In this document: piece by piece, positions 1 through 7,995 of the stretch
How positions within the stretch are numbered: the first letter of the stretch is position 1
Layout: each line of letters starts with the position of its first letter
From: Acidobacteriota bacterium
Lineage (GTDB): Bacteria > Acidobacteriota > Aminicenantia > UBA2199
Assembly (NCBI GenBank): GCA_039714255.1
Contig: JBDLJQ010000001.1
Location: forward strand, 96,251 to 160,250
Direction of reading: 5' to 3'
DNA: 64,000 nucleotides
Made by a program: the position numbers and the translations under genes
The notes under the pieces: generated by a model
What the model was told of the DNA's origin: nothing
Databases searched by the model: none
The model's input: the letters and a program-made list of their open reading frames with translations, nothing else

Positions 1-693
1 ATTGGGGGAGTTATAAGAACCCCTGACCCCTTTCACATTGAGGAGGTTGAAATTTTTTCTGATCTTTTTTGACCGGACATTAGGGAGGTCTATTGCAAGG
101 CGTGCAGGGTTGTTCTCTATCGGAATAACCTTGAACTTAACAGGATTGGACAATTCTATACCGAATTTTACAATATCTCCGACCCTTCCATCCATCTTAA
201 CATCTTTTATGAAACCATTTTTTCCAAATCTTATATTTTTTTTCTCAGGTGTAGTTCTTTTTACCTTTTTTATAATTTTCGGCCTGCTTATTCCCTTATT
301 CCCGGCCAGGCTTTTTACAACCGGGAATTCAATATAAAGCCCGTTCCTGTTTGTGAAAACCCTGTAATTGACCTTTTCTCTCAGAAGTATCTCAACATCA
401 ACATTTTTATCCTGGGGTTTAATATCAATTTCCCTGATAACCGGAGAATTAAAACTATATTTCTTTGTATCTCCAACGAAAGAGACATTATCAATTCTCA
501 TAACGATAAATTTAAAATTATCTTCGATCGGATAAAATAGGTCCGGAATCGGTAAAATAGAGTTGGTTTTAAAATGTAGCTGGACAAAATCGTCCCCTTT
601 AAGGTATTCAACATCTTTTATTACAACCTTTCCATTGAGAAAAAAAGTCGTAAAAATTAAAATTATTATTAAGAGTAGTGTTTTATTGTTCAT
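1..693 (-). CDS. pilQ: Type IV pilus secretin PilQ, N-terminal part only (gene runs off the window start)
   Basis: Hand translation of the minus strand from the ATG at 693-691 gives MNNKTLLLIIILIFTTFFLNGKVV..., a signal peptide followed by AMIN-like beta domains (VKMDGRVGDIVKFGIELSNPVKFKVIPIENNPARLAIDLPNV). There is no stop codon down to position 1. It lies 3' of pilMNOP in the canonical order and overlaps the pilP stop by 11 nt. It is not in the ORF track because it is truncated by the window edge. Confidence 0.55.
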   Translation of the reverse strand, partial: MNNKTLLLIIILIFTTFFLNGKVVIKDVEYLKGDDFVQLHFKTNSILPIPDLFYPIEDNFKFIVMRIDNVSFVGDTKKYSFNSPVIREIDIKPQDKNVDVEILLREKVNYRVFTNRNGLYIEFPVVKSLAGNKGISRPKIIKKVKRTTPEKKNIRFGKNGFIKDVKMDGRVGDIVKFGIELSNPVKFKVIPIENNPARLAIDLPNVRSKKIRKNFNLLNVKGVRGSYNSPN

Positions 694-1180
694 TTTTTCT
701 CTCATCCTCCTCTTCGGGATTTAATCTTTTTATGATAGTTCTTTCTTTTGTACCGCCAAGGGCAATTGTCAGAATTTTTTTAAATTCAACTGCATGGCTG
801 CTTATCTTAACGATTTCCCCATCATAAACATTATTACCCTCTTTTACGAGGTATGGCCTCCCGTCCGGGCCTTTCAGAAGGGCAATATATACTCCATTCT
901 TTTTTACTATTCCCTCCAGTTCCAACTGATCTATATCAAGGCCTTCAAGCCCTTCTTTCCTTTTTTTCTTCAACTTTGAACTGTTTCTCTGTAAAAGATT
1001 CCAGAAAGGATCTCTTCTTCCCATCGGGTTATAAACAAACTCTCCGGGAAGGCTTTCACTTTTTTGTATCTCCTCTTTGGCAACTTCACTCTTTTTTACA
1101 GCTTTTTCACTTCCACTGTTCTTCTGCTGGGGAGACAGCAGTAAAGTACCAAGGAGAAATAATATTAAAAGATATCTCAT
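683..1180 (-). CDS. pilP: Type IV pilus assembly lipoprotein PilP-like
   Basis: 165 aa with a signal peptide (MRYLLILFLLGTLLLS). Position between pilO and pilQ. The C-terminal half (KKNGVYIALLKGPDGRPYLVKEGNNVYDGEIVKI) resembles the PilP beta domain. Confidence 0.5.
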   Translation of the reverse strand: MRYLLILFLLGTLLLSPQQKNSGSEKAVKKSEVAKEEIQKSESLPGEFVYNPMGRRDPFWNLLQRNSSKLKKKRKEGLEGLDIDQLELEGIVKKNGVYIALLKGPDGRPYLVKEGNNVYDGEIVKISSHAVEFKKILTIALGGTKERTIIKRLNPEEEDERKNEQ

Positions 1181-1780
1181 TTAACCCCTCCTCCCCCGTC
1201 GTGAACCGGGGCGCTTTTTCTTAACTTTCGGTTCTCTGTAAATATAGGTGGAAGTTGTAAAACTTGCATTGATAGAATAATCACTGATCTTCTTTTTTAT
1301 AGGATTAATACTAAGACTGTTCACTGTGAATATTTTTTTCAGCCTGGATAGTTGATCAAAAAAGACTCCCAGATTATGATAAGTCCCCGCCAGGGTGATC
1401 TGGTAAGGAACCTGAATGTATATCTCTTTTTTTGATTCTTTCTGCTTTACAAATTTTCCTATCTTAAGTCTTGCACTGGAAATGATCGATTGTATTTTCT
1501 TGATTATCTGACTAACCTCATTCTTTTCAGGCAGAATAGTCTTCAGTTCTTCAAGTGTTGCTTCATAGTTTGCTATTTCTTCTTTAATCTGTTTTAACCT
1601 TCCCTCTTCTCTTTCGGCTTTCCTTATCTTTCTTTCAACTTCATCTATATCATTCTCTACTCTCACTATGGTGTCCTGTGTTGGCGAATAGTGCAAATAA
1701 TAGAAAAAACCGAACAGCACCGCTCCAATAAGGAGAAAAACCCCGAACTGGCCATACCAAGGTAAACTTTGAAGATCCAT
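1181..1780 (-). CDS. pilO: Type IV pilus assembly protein PilO
   Basis: N-terminal TM helix, then a coiled coil (RKIRKAEREEGRLKQIKEEIANYEATLEELK), then a PilO-like C-terminal domain. The likely start is the internal Met at 1780, 2 nt after the pilN stop, not the longer ORF reaching 1855. Confidence 0.6.
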   Translation of the reverse strand: MDLQSLPWYGQFGVFLLIGAVLFGFFYYLHYSPTQDTIVRVENDIDEVERKIRKAEREEGRLKQIKEEIANYEATLEELKTILPEKNEVSQIIKKIQSIISSARLKIGKFVKQKESKKEIYIQVPYQITLAGTYHNLGVFFDQLSRLKKIFTVNSLSINPIKKKISDYSINASFTTSTYIYREPKVKKKRPGSRRGRRG

Positions 1781-1781
1781 T

Positions 1782-2390
1782 TTACACAGCCCCCTTCTTA
1801 TTCGATATGTCGCGGAAAGTACACTGGAATCTGAATTCATAAACATCAACGCCAAGTTTCTTTTTTCTCACTGAATCCTTAAAGCCGGTATCAATATTAA
1901 AGAAATAATTTGTACTTTTCAGATTATTTATAAAATCTGCGATCTGGTTATTTGAAAGAGCACTTCCACTAAGGCTTAATACATTATTACTATATTTGAC
2001 ACTCCTCAGCCATACCATCTCAGGAAGGGCTCTCGAAAGTTGGTCCATCATTTTGACCGTATGCTGTTTTTGTGAGTTAAGATCCTGGATTATGGTTACC
2101 TTTTTCTCCAGCATTTTTTTCGTTTTTTCCAATACTTTTAAAGTTTTCAGAACCTCATCAAGTTCGGCCAGCCTCGCTTTTCGCTCTTCAAGATGTTTTT
2201 TTACAAAGTCAAGTTTGTTAGTCTGCAAAACAAACAATCCGCCTATTATAGCCAAAGTTAAGACTGCAGCGCCGGCAATAGCAGGGACATTTACCTTACT
2301 TTCCCTTTCCTCATCGGTAAATACTGCAGTATCACCCTGAACGGATACAACCTCTTTTTTTTCAGGACTTAATAAATTTACTTTTATCAT
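1782..2390 (-). CDS. pilN: Type IV pilus assembly protein PilN
   Basis: 202 aa. MIKVNLLSPEKKE is a PilN-type N-terminus, followed by one TM helix and a coiled coil. There is a 4-nt overlap with pilM. Confidence 0.65.
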   Translation of the reverse strand: MIKVNLLSPEKKEVVSVQGDTAVFTDEERESKVNVPAIAGAAVLTLAIIGGLFVLQTNKLDFVKKHLEERKARLAELDEVLKTLKVLEKTKKMLEKKVTIIQDLNSQKQHTVKMMDQLSRALPEMVWLRSVKYSNNVLSLSGSALSNNQIADFINNLKSTNYFFNIDTGFKDSVRKKKLGVDVYEFRFQCTFRDISNKKGAV

Positions 2391-3478
2391 TTCCCATCTC
2401 CAGCGGCCCTGAGAGCCAGGCCCATTGCAACATTAAAAACCGGGGCCATTTCATTAATAAAATTAAGATCAAATTTTTTCTCATTGATCTCTATATTATT
2501 AAAGGGATTAGCAATTTCAAAGGGAATATCAAATTCCTGGGAAAAGAAATCGAGGATCGACTCCAGATTCGCAGTTCCCCCGCTAAGGAGAATATTATCT
2601 ATACGGCCTTCCATTGTATTTGATCTGTAAAATTCAAATGTCTTCTTAATTTCATTCTTCAATTCACTGAAGATCAGGTTTATTACAGGTTTAACCGCAG
2701 CAGGAGATACACCTTCCACCTGCCTCCCTTTTTTAACTGACTCAGCTTTTTCATATTTCAGATTCAGTTCTTTCTGGATCAGGTCGGTAAACTGATTGCC
2801 TCCAAAAGCAATATCTCTGACAAATACAGGGTAGCCTCCTTTTGAAATTACAACATTAGTAATTGATGCTCCTATATTTATGATCGCAATGGTTCTATCA
2901 GCATACATCTCATAGTTCTTCATAACGCTGTTCAGAACTGCAAAAGATTCGAGATCAACCACTTCAACCTTTCTGCTTGCAATATCCAGAACATTAAGAT
3001 AGTCATTGAGCTTTTCTTTTTTTACAGCTGCAAGTATAACCCCTGCCATTCCGGACTGAGAGTCCGCCGTTTCTATAATCTCATAGTCAATATTGACCTC
3101 TTCAGGTGTAAAGGGGATATGGGGACGTGCTTCCCATAAAATATGTTCATGCATTTCAGCAGGATTAAGCCTCTGTACTTCGATCTTTTTCACGATTACA
3201 GAACTGCCCGAAACGCCAAACGAAAGGCTGCTGGACTTGGATTTACTTTCATAAAAAACGTGCTGAATGGAATCCGCAACTGCTGCAGAATCCATGATAC
3301 TACCCTCAACTATTGATTGGTAAGGTACAGGCTCGTAACCGAGGGAAACTAACTCATGAACTGTTTCCTTCCCCCTTTTCTTTGCCTTAACCTCAACCAG
3401 TTTTAAAGCAAACGAGCCAATGTCGAGGCCTAGTATTTTTTTTGATTTAAAACTGAAAAAAGACATACCATTCTCCAC
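2387..3478 (-). CDS. pilM: Type IV pilus assembly ATPase-like protein PilM (actin/FtsA fold)
   Basis: 363 aa. ILGLDIGSFALKLVEV is an actin-like phosphate-1 motif, and there is PilM-like similarity throughout. Confidence 0.75.
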   Translation of the reverse strand: MENGMSFFSFKSKKILGLDIGSFALKLVEVKAKKRGKETVHELVSLGYEPVPYQSIVEGSIMDSAAVADSIQHVFYESKSKSSSLSFGVSGSSVIVKKIEVQRLNPAEMHEHILWEARPHIPFTPEEVNIDYEIIETADSQSGMAGVILAAVKKEKLNDYLNVLDIASRKVEVVDLESFAVLNSVMKNYEMYADRTIAIINIGASITNVVISKGGYPVFVRDIAFGGNQFTDLIQKELNLKYEKAESVKKGRQVEGVSPAAVKPVINLIFSELKNEIKKTFEFYRSNTMEGRIDNILLSGGTANLESILDFFSQEFDIPFEIANPFNNIEINEKKFDLNFINEMAPVFNVAMGLALRAAGDGK

Positions 3479-3546
3479 TTATGGTTTTTATCCATACTGG
3501 TATCTGTTCTAGCATAGTGAAAACGAAAAGTCAAGTCCCCCTGCCT

Positions 3547-3572
3547 TTTTTTTGCAGATATATAGGGAATGT
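3547..3572. repeat. 26-bp direct repeat, copy 1 (tttttttgcagatatatagggaatgt)
   Basis: Perfect repeat of the sequence at 3635-3661, in the divergent pilM / rplU intergenic region. Confidence 0.85.
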
Positions 3573-3634
3573 CAGCAATGTAAACTCTCGAAACGCCCAT
3601 CCCACGCGGCTTTTCAAATTCAGGTTAAAAAAAA

Positions 3635-3661
3635 ATTTTTTTGCAGATATATAGGGAATGT
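3635..3661. repeat. 26-bp direct repeat, copy 2
   Basis: Identical to 3547-3572, with a period of about 88 bp. Confidence 0.85.
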
Positions 3662-3852
3662 ATGCATTTTCAACTCCTGTAATGCCGGATATAAGCAGAC
3701 TTTCGGATTTCTTCTTTTATATAGGACAATCAAGTAGGTTTTTTTTAAAATATTGGTTTTACATAGTCATTTGCAGAATAAAATTCAGTTAAAACTTGAA
3801 AACAAAAGGAGTTTATGGTATAAGAACATGATATAAAAAAAGGAGTGAACTG

Positions 3853-4281
3853 ATGTTTGCAATACTTGAAAGTGGCGGAAAGCAGTATAAGGTAGAAGAA
3901 GGCGATATACTGGAAGTTGAATTATTAGAGCAGGAAAAGATTTCAAAACAGAATAAATATACATTTAGCAATATTCTTCTCGTAAAAGGAAAAGAGACCC
4001 TGCTGGGCACTCCTTTCGTAAAAAATGCAATGGTTACGGCATCTGTACTTGAAGAGATAAAAGCACCGAAGGTCATAGTTTTTAAGAAAAAATCGAAAAA
4101 ACAATATAAAAAAACAAAAGGACACCGCCAGAAACTCCACAAGGTCCAGATAGATAAGATAGAGATCAAAGCCGAAACAAAGAAAAAAGCTGCTCCTGCA
4201 AAGGAAGAAGCGAAGAAAACCACACCAAAAAAACCTGCAGCAAAGAAAGCTGCTCCCAAAACGGAAAAAAAGGAGAAATAA
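3853..4281 (+). CDS. rplU: 50S ribosomal protein L21 with a Lys/Ala/Pro-rich C-terminal tail
   Basis: [18 protein letters not shown] is the L21 signature. RBS aaggag is upstream. The last ~40 aa are [32 protein letters not shown]. Confidence 0.9.
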   Translation: MFAILESGGKQYKVEEGDILEVELLEQEKISKQNKYTFSNILLVKGKETLLGTPFVKNAMVTASVLEEIKAPKVIVFKKKSKKQYKKTKGHRQKLHKVQIDKIEIKAETKKKAAPAKEEAKKTTPKKPAAKKAAPKTEKKEK

Positions 4282-4283
4282 TT

Positions 4284-4535
4284 ATGGCTCATAAAAAATC
4301 AGGCGGAAGTGCAAAGAACGGAAGAGACAGTATATCCAAAAGGCTGGGAGTAAAAAAATACGGCGGCGAAAAGATCAATGCAGGTTCAATAATTGTGAGA
4401 CAGAGGGGAACAAAGATCAAACCCGGACAGAATGTAGGGATCGGTAAAGATGATACTTTATTCGCTTTATCTACCGGAATAGTTCAATTCGTAACAAAGA
4501 ATAATAAAAAGGTTGTTGAGGTTATACCAAATTAG
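4284..4535 (+). CDS. rpmA: 50S ribosomal protein L27
   Basis: [16 protein letters not shown]... is the L27 signature. Confidence 0.92.
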   Translation: MAHKKSGGSAKNGRDSISKRLGVKKYGGEKINAGSIIVRQRGTKIKPGQNVGIGKDDTLFALSTGIVQFVTKNNKKVVEVIPN

Positions 4536-4618
4536 TCTTTCCACCCCGGGCCATGGCCTTCAATTCCAGTTCCCGGAAATCCCGAGAATTAATAAATTCA
4601 TTTAATAAAAAATAACAA

Positions 4619-5626
4619 ATGTTTGTAGATAGAACTATAGTTACATTTATAGCAGGAAAAGGGGGTGACGGATGTGTCAGCTTCCACAGGGAAAAATTTA
4701 TCTCCAAAGGCGGGCCTGACGGAGGAGATGGAGGTAGCGGGGGAAGTATTATCCTCGTAAGCCGTATAAATGTTAACTCTTTAATTGATTTCAAGGGAAA
4801 TCATACAATAAAAGCAGAGAACGGAAAGAACGGAAGCGGCTCCAACAGATATGGAAGGAGCGGGAAAAACAATATCCTTAATGTTCCTCCAGGGACAGTT
4901 ATAAAATCATTCCCGGAAGAAAAAATAATTTTTGATTTTGGAAAAGAGGATGTTGAATTTGTTATAGCTGAAGGTGGAAAAGGAGGCCCTGGAAATGTTC
5001 ATTTTAAATCATCGGTAAACCAGGCTCCCAGAGTAGCAAAAGCAGGAACCCCCGGGGAATCCATAAAAGTAATACTTGAACTTAAGCTCATTGCATTTGC
5101 AGGCCTTGTGGGATTTCCCAATGCGGGAAAATCCACATTAATATCAAAGATCAGCCGGGCAAAACCCAAAGTGGCAAATTATCCCTTTACAACCTTATCA
5201 CCAGGCCTTGGTATTGTTTACCAGGGGTATGAAAGCATGGCAGTAGCTGATATTCCCGGGATAATAGAAGGCGCCCATAAGGGAGAAGGAATGGGGATAG
5301 ATTTTTTGAGGCATATAGAGCGAAACAGAGTACTCATCTTTCTTATTGATCCCGACCCTTCCGCAGAACATTCTCCAAAAAAGAGCCTTGAAATATTGAT
5401 TAATGAGTTAAAATCGTATAAAAAAGAGATAATGAGAAAAAAGTTTCTTGTTGCAGTTAATAAAATTGACCTGTTTGAAGAAACAGATAACCAGGAAAAA
5501 CTTAAGGAACTGAAGGAATATTGCAGCGAAAATAAACTGGATTATATTGAGATCTCTGCTTTAAAAGAGATTAACCTGAATAAACTAAAAAACAAACTTT
5601 TTACCCTTCTAAATGAAAAAGCCTAA
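4619..5626 (+). CDS. obg: GTPase Obg (short form without the C-terminal OCT/TGS domain)
   Basis: Obg fold N-terminus with glycine-rich GGDGGxGG repeats, then G1 (GFPNAGKST) and G3 (DIPG) motifs. 335 aa. Confidence 0.9.
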   Translation: MFVDRTIVTFIAGKGGDGCVSFHREKFISKGGPDGGDGGSGGSIILVSRINVNSLIDFKGNHTIKAENGKNGSGSNRYGRSGKNNILNVPPGTVIKSFPEEKIIFDFGKEDVEFVIAEGGKGGPGNVHFKSSVNQAPRVAKAGTPGESIKVILELKLIAFAGLVGFPNAGKSTLISKISRAKPKVANYPFTTLSPGLGIVYQGYESMAVADIPGIIEGAHKGEGMGIDFLRHIERNRVLIFLIDPDPSAEHSPKKSLEILINELKSYKKEIMRKKFLVAVNKIDLFEETDNQEKLKELKEYCSENKLDYIEISALKEINLNKLKNKLFTLLNEKA

Positions 5627-6257
5627 AAGAACAGGATTGCTTGGTGGAACATTCAACCCCGTCCACAACGGACATATTGATCTGGGAATTCGTGTTATGA
5701 AAGAGTTCAGACTGGACAGGATTCTCTTCATTCTCTCCGCAAGGCCTCCTCACAAATCAACAATTGACCTGGCACCTGTACATCTGAGGTGGAAAATGCT
5801 GAATGAAGCCCTGAAGCCTTATGATAAACTTGATCCCAGTGATATGGAGATAAAAAGAGACAGTTATTCCTGGACCATTGATACACTCACTCAGTTAAAG
5901 AAAGTTCATCCTGAAGAACAATTCTTTTTTATATCCGGAAGCGAAGGGTTCCTGAAAATAAAAACCTGGAAGCTTTATCAACAGGTCCTGAATTCCACAA
6001 ATTTCATAGTAGTTATGAGGAATAAAAACCAGCAGAAAAAAGTTTCTGACCTGTTAAGTTCCGAAAAGATAATTCCCCGGACAAAAAACAGAGAAAACCC
6101 AGAAATCCCCTCTGTTTGTTTTTTCTCATATGCATCAGATAAACTTGACATATCATCAACAATAGTAAGGGAAAAGATAAAAAAGAGGGAAAGTGTAAAA
6201 AAATTTTTAAATAATGAAGTAAAAAACATAATAGAGGAGTATAAACTCTATGAATAA
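5613..6257 (+). CDS. nadD: Nicotinate-nucleotide adenylyltransferase
   Basis: GGTFNPVHNGH is the (H/T)xGH nucleotidyltransferase motif. Conserved position after obg. Confidence 0.85.
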   Translation: MKKPKRTGLLGGTFNPVHNGHIDLGIRVMKEFRLDRILFILSARPPHKSTIDLAPVHLRWKMLNEALKPYDKLDPSDMEIKRDSYSWTIDTLTQLKKVHPEEQFFFISGSEGFLKIKTWKLYQQVLNSTNFIVVMRNKNQQKKVSDLLSSEKIIPRTKNRENPEIPSVCFFSYASDKLDISSTIVREKIKKRESVKKFLNNEVKNIIEEYKLYE

Positions 6258-6636
6258 TTCAGAACCTACAAAATTTTCAGAGAAACTTAAAAAATGGAGA
6301 ATCCCCCCCGGGATCAAAAAAGCCGCATCACTTATTGCAGATAAAAAAGGTGAAGATATCTCAATTTTAAAACTTAAAGGGATTTCAGATATAACAGACT
6401 TTATGATAATATGTAACGGGAACTCTGTGATACAGAACAGAGCTATCTCAAGTGAAATTCAGAAAACACTGAAAAAGGAACTGAATTTAAAGCCACTGGG
6501 GGTAGAGGGAGTTAATTTCGGGGACTGGATCCTCATTGACTATGTTGACTTTATAGTTCACATATTCTCCCGTGAAACCAGGGGAAAATTTTCCCTGGAA
6601 AAATTGTGGATGGATGCAAAAAGATACGATCTATGA
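6250..6636 (+). CDS. rsfS: Ribosome silencing factor RsfS (Iojap)
   Basis: 128 aa with Iojap-like sequence (ILKLKGISDITDFMIICNGNS). Conserved nadD-rsfS order. Confidence 0.8.
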   Translation: MNNSEPTKFSEKLKKWRIPPGIKKAASLIADKKGEDISILKLKGISDITDFMIICNGNSVIQNRAISSEIQKTLKKELNLKPLGVEGVNFGDWILIDYVDFIVHIFSRETRGKFSLEKLWMDAKRYDL

Positions 6637-7528
6637 ATTACTGAATAATTTACAAGATCCTTCTTCCATGGAGATCAGAAAAAAGATCGACATGGTAGCC
6701 AAACTGAATACCAATGTTCTATTTGTCGGAGAAACCGGAACCGGTAAAGATTTCTGGTCAAATTATCTTTTCCATAAGAGCGGAAAGGAGAATATCTTAA
6801 ACCTTAACTGTGGTGATGTTCCGGAAAACCTTCTTGAAAGTGAATGGTTCGGTTATAAAAAAGGTGCTTTCACAGGAGCAGACAGGGATTATGAGGGCAA
6901 GTGGAAGAAAGCTGAGAATGGAATATTATTCCTGAATCAGATAGATCTGCTGGGTTTAAATATGCAGGCAAGGCTTTTAAGGATCATTGAAAGGAAAAAA
7001 TATTTTTCTCTTGGTTCTCCAGTTGAAACAGGGATCAACTCAAGATTTATTTTTTCAGTCGACTTTGATATTGAGGAAAAAGTGAAGAGGAAAGAATTCA
7101 GGCAGGATCTGTTTTACAGGATCTCATCTTATATGATCTCAATACCATCATTAAATAAAAGAGAAAAAGATATAATACCGTTACTTGAATATTTTTCAAA
7201 AAAGAGAGGGCTGGCCATTAACCTTACGCATGCCGGATACAGATATATTACCGGATACAAATGGCCGGGCAATATAAGAGAAATAGAAAATTTTGTAAAC
7301 AATATATCTATAACAAAAGATAGCATTGATGACCATGACGCAGCCCGGCTGGACAAAATTCCTGCGGGAGATTTTAACAATGAAAATGAGTCAACTTTAA
7401 AAGAGATGGAGCGGAAATATATAAAGCACCTCATTAATAAATATAAGAACAAGTCAAAAGTTGCAAAGATCCTCGGAATCTCCAGAAAGGCACTTTATGA
7501 CAAACTTGAAAGATATGGGAAAAATTGA
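6614..7528 (+). CDS. Sigma54-interacting AAA+ enhancer-binding-protein homologue lacking any N-terminal sensor or receiver domain. The Walker B DE is replaced by NQ.
   Basis: Walker A GETGTGKD, the sigma54-contact loop GAFTGA, Walker B position LFLNQI (canonical LFLDEI), and a C-terminal Fis-type HTH (KVAKILGISRKALYDKLERYG). The start is probably the Met at 6614 or 6668, not the ORF start at 6572. It overlaps the rsfS 3' end and the rlmH 5' end. Confidence 0.7.
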   Translation: MQKDTIYELLNNLQDPSSMEIRKKIDMVAKLNTNVLFVGETGTGKDFWSNYLFHKSGKENILNLNCGDVPENLLESEWFGYKKGAFTGADRDYEGKWKKAENGILFLNQIDLLGLNMQARLLRIIERKKYFSLGSPVETGINSRFIFSVDFDIEEKVKRKEFRQDLFYRISSYMISIPSLNKREKDIIPLLEYFSKKRGLAINLTHAGYRYITGYKWPGNIREIENFVNNISITKDSIDDHDAARLDKIPAGDFNNENESTLKEMERKYIKHLINKYKNKSKVAKILGISRKALYDKLERYGKN

Positions 7529-7979
7529 CCTTCTCTGTATTGGAGAACAAAAATTCAGGAGCCTGAAAGAGCTTGAGAAAGATTATATAAAAAAGATCGG
7601 TTTTTTTTCCGGCTTTTCGGTAAAGAACCTTAAAGAGGTTAAAATAAAGGATGAAAAGATTCAAATGGAAAGAGAGGGGAAAGCAATATTGGAAAAACTT
7701 TCTCCTGGTGACCATGTGATAGCTCTTGACCGGAGAGGAAAGGAGATGGATTCCCTTAAGTTTGCAAACTATTTATCTGACAAGATATCATACAGCAACA
7801 AAAAACTGGTTTTTATTATCGGCGGGCAGATGGGATTGTCAGGGGAAGTATTAAAGAGATCAGATCTCACTCTCTCTTTTTCAAAAATGACATTTGCACA
7901 TGATATATTTAAAATTATTTTCCTTGAACAACTGTACAGAGCATTTTCAATAATTAAGGGGACAAAATATCACAGATAA
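7515..7979 (+). CDS. rlmH: 23S rRNA (pseudouridine1915-N3)-methyltransferase RlmH
   Basis: SPOUT fold sequence (GDHVIALDRRGKEMDSLKFA... LVFIIGGQMGLS). The start is the internal Met at 7515 (MGKIDLLCIGEQ). Confidence 0.8.
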   Translation: MGKIDLLCIGEQKFRSLKELEKDYIKKIGFFSGFSVKNLKEVKIKDEKIQMEREGKAILEKLSPGDHVIALDRRGKEMDSLKFANYLSDKISYSNKKLVFIIGGQMGLSGEVLKRSDLTLSFSKMTFAHDIFKIIFLEQLYRAFSIIKGTKYHR

Positions 7980-7995
7980 ATAAATAGGAGAAAAT

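Noticed and set aside
38-337. 99-aa plus-strand ORF at the window start
   Set aside because: It lies antisense to the pilQ N-terminal coding region and is Phe/Leu-rich low complexity.
3547-3661. Possible sigma54 (-24/-12) promoter in the 26-bp repeats (TTGCA present)
   Set aside because: No GG dinucleotide at the required 10-11 bp upstream of the GC; the TGGCAC-N5-TTGCW spacing does not fit on either strand.
3552-3737. 61-aa plus-strand ORF in the pilM-rplU intergenic region
   Set aside because: It spans both copies of the 26-bp direct repeat, is Cys/Lys-rich low-complexity, has no RBS, and is located where divergent promoters must be. Treated as non-coding.
3813-4292. 159-aa minus-strand ORF antisense to rplU
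   Set aside because: Entirely antisense to a highly conserved ribosomal protein gene, with a Phe/Ala-rich translation typical of reverse-frame artefacts.
4536-4618. Palindromic ggccatggcc / ttcccggaa sequences between rpmA and obg as an intrinsic terminator
   Set aside because: No downstream T-tract. More likely a weak attenuator or coincidental palindromes, and the genes are probably co-transcribed.
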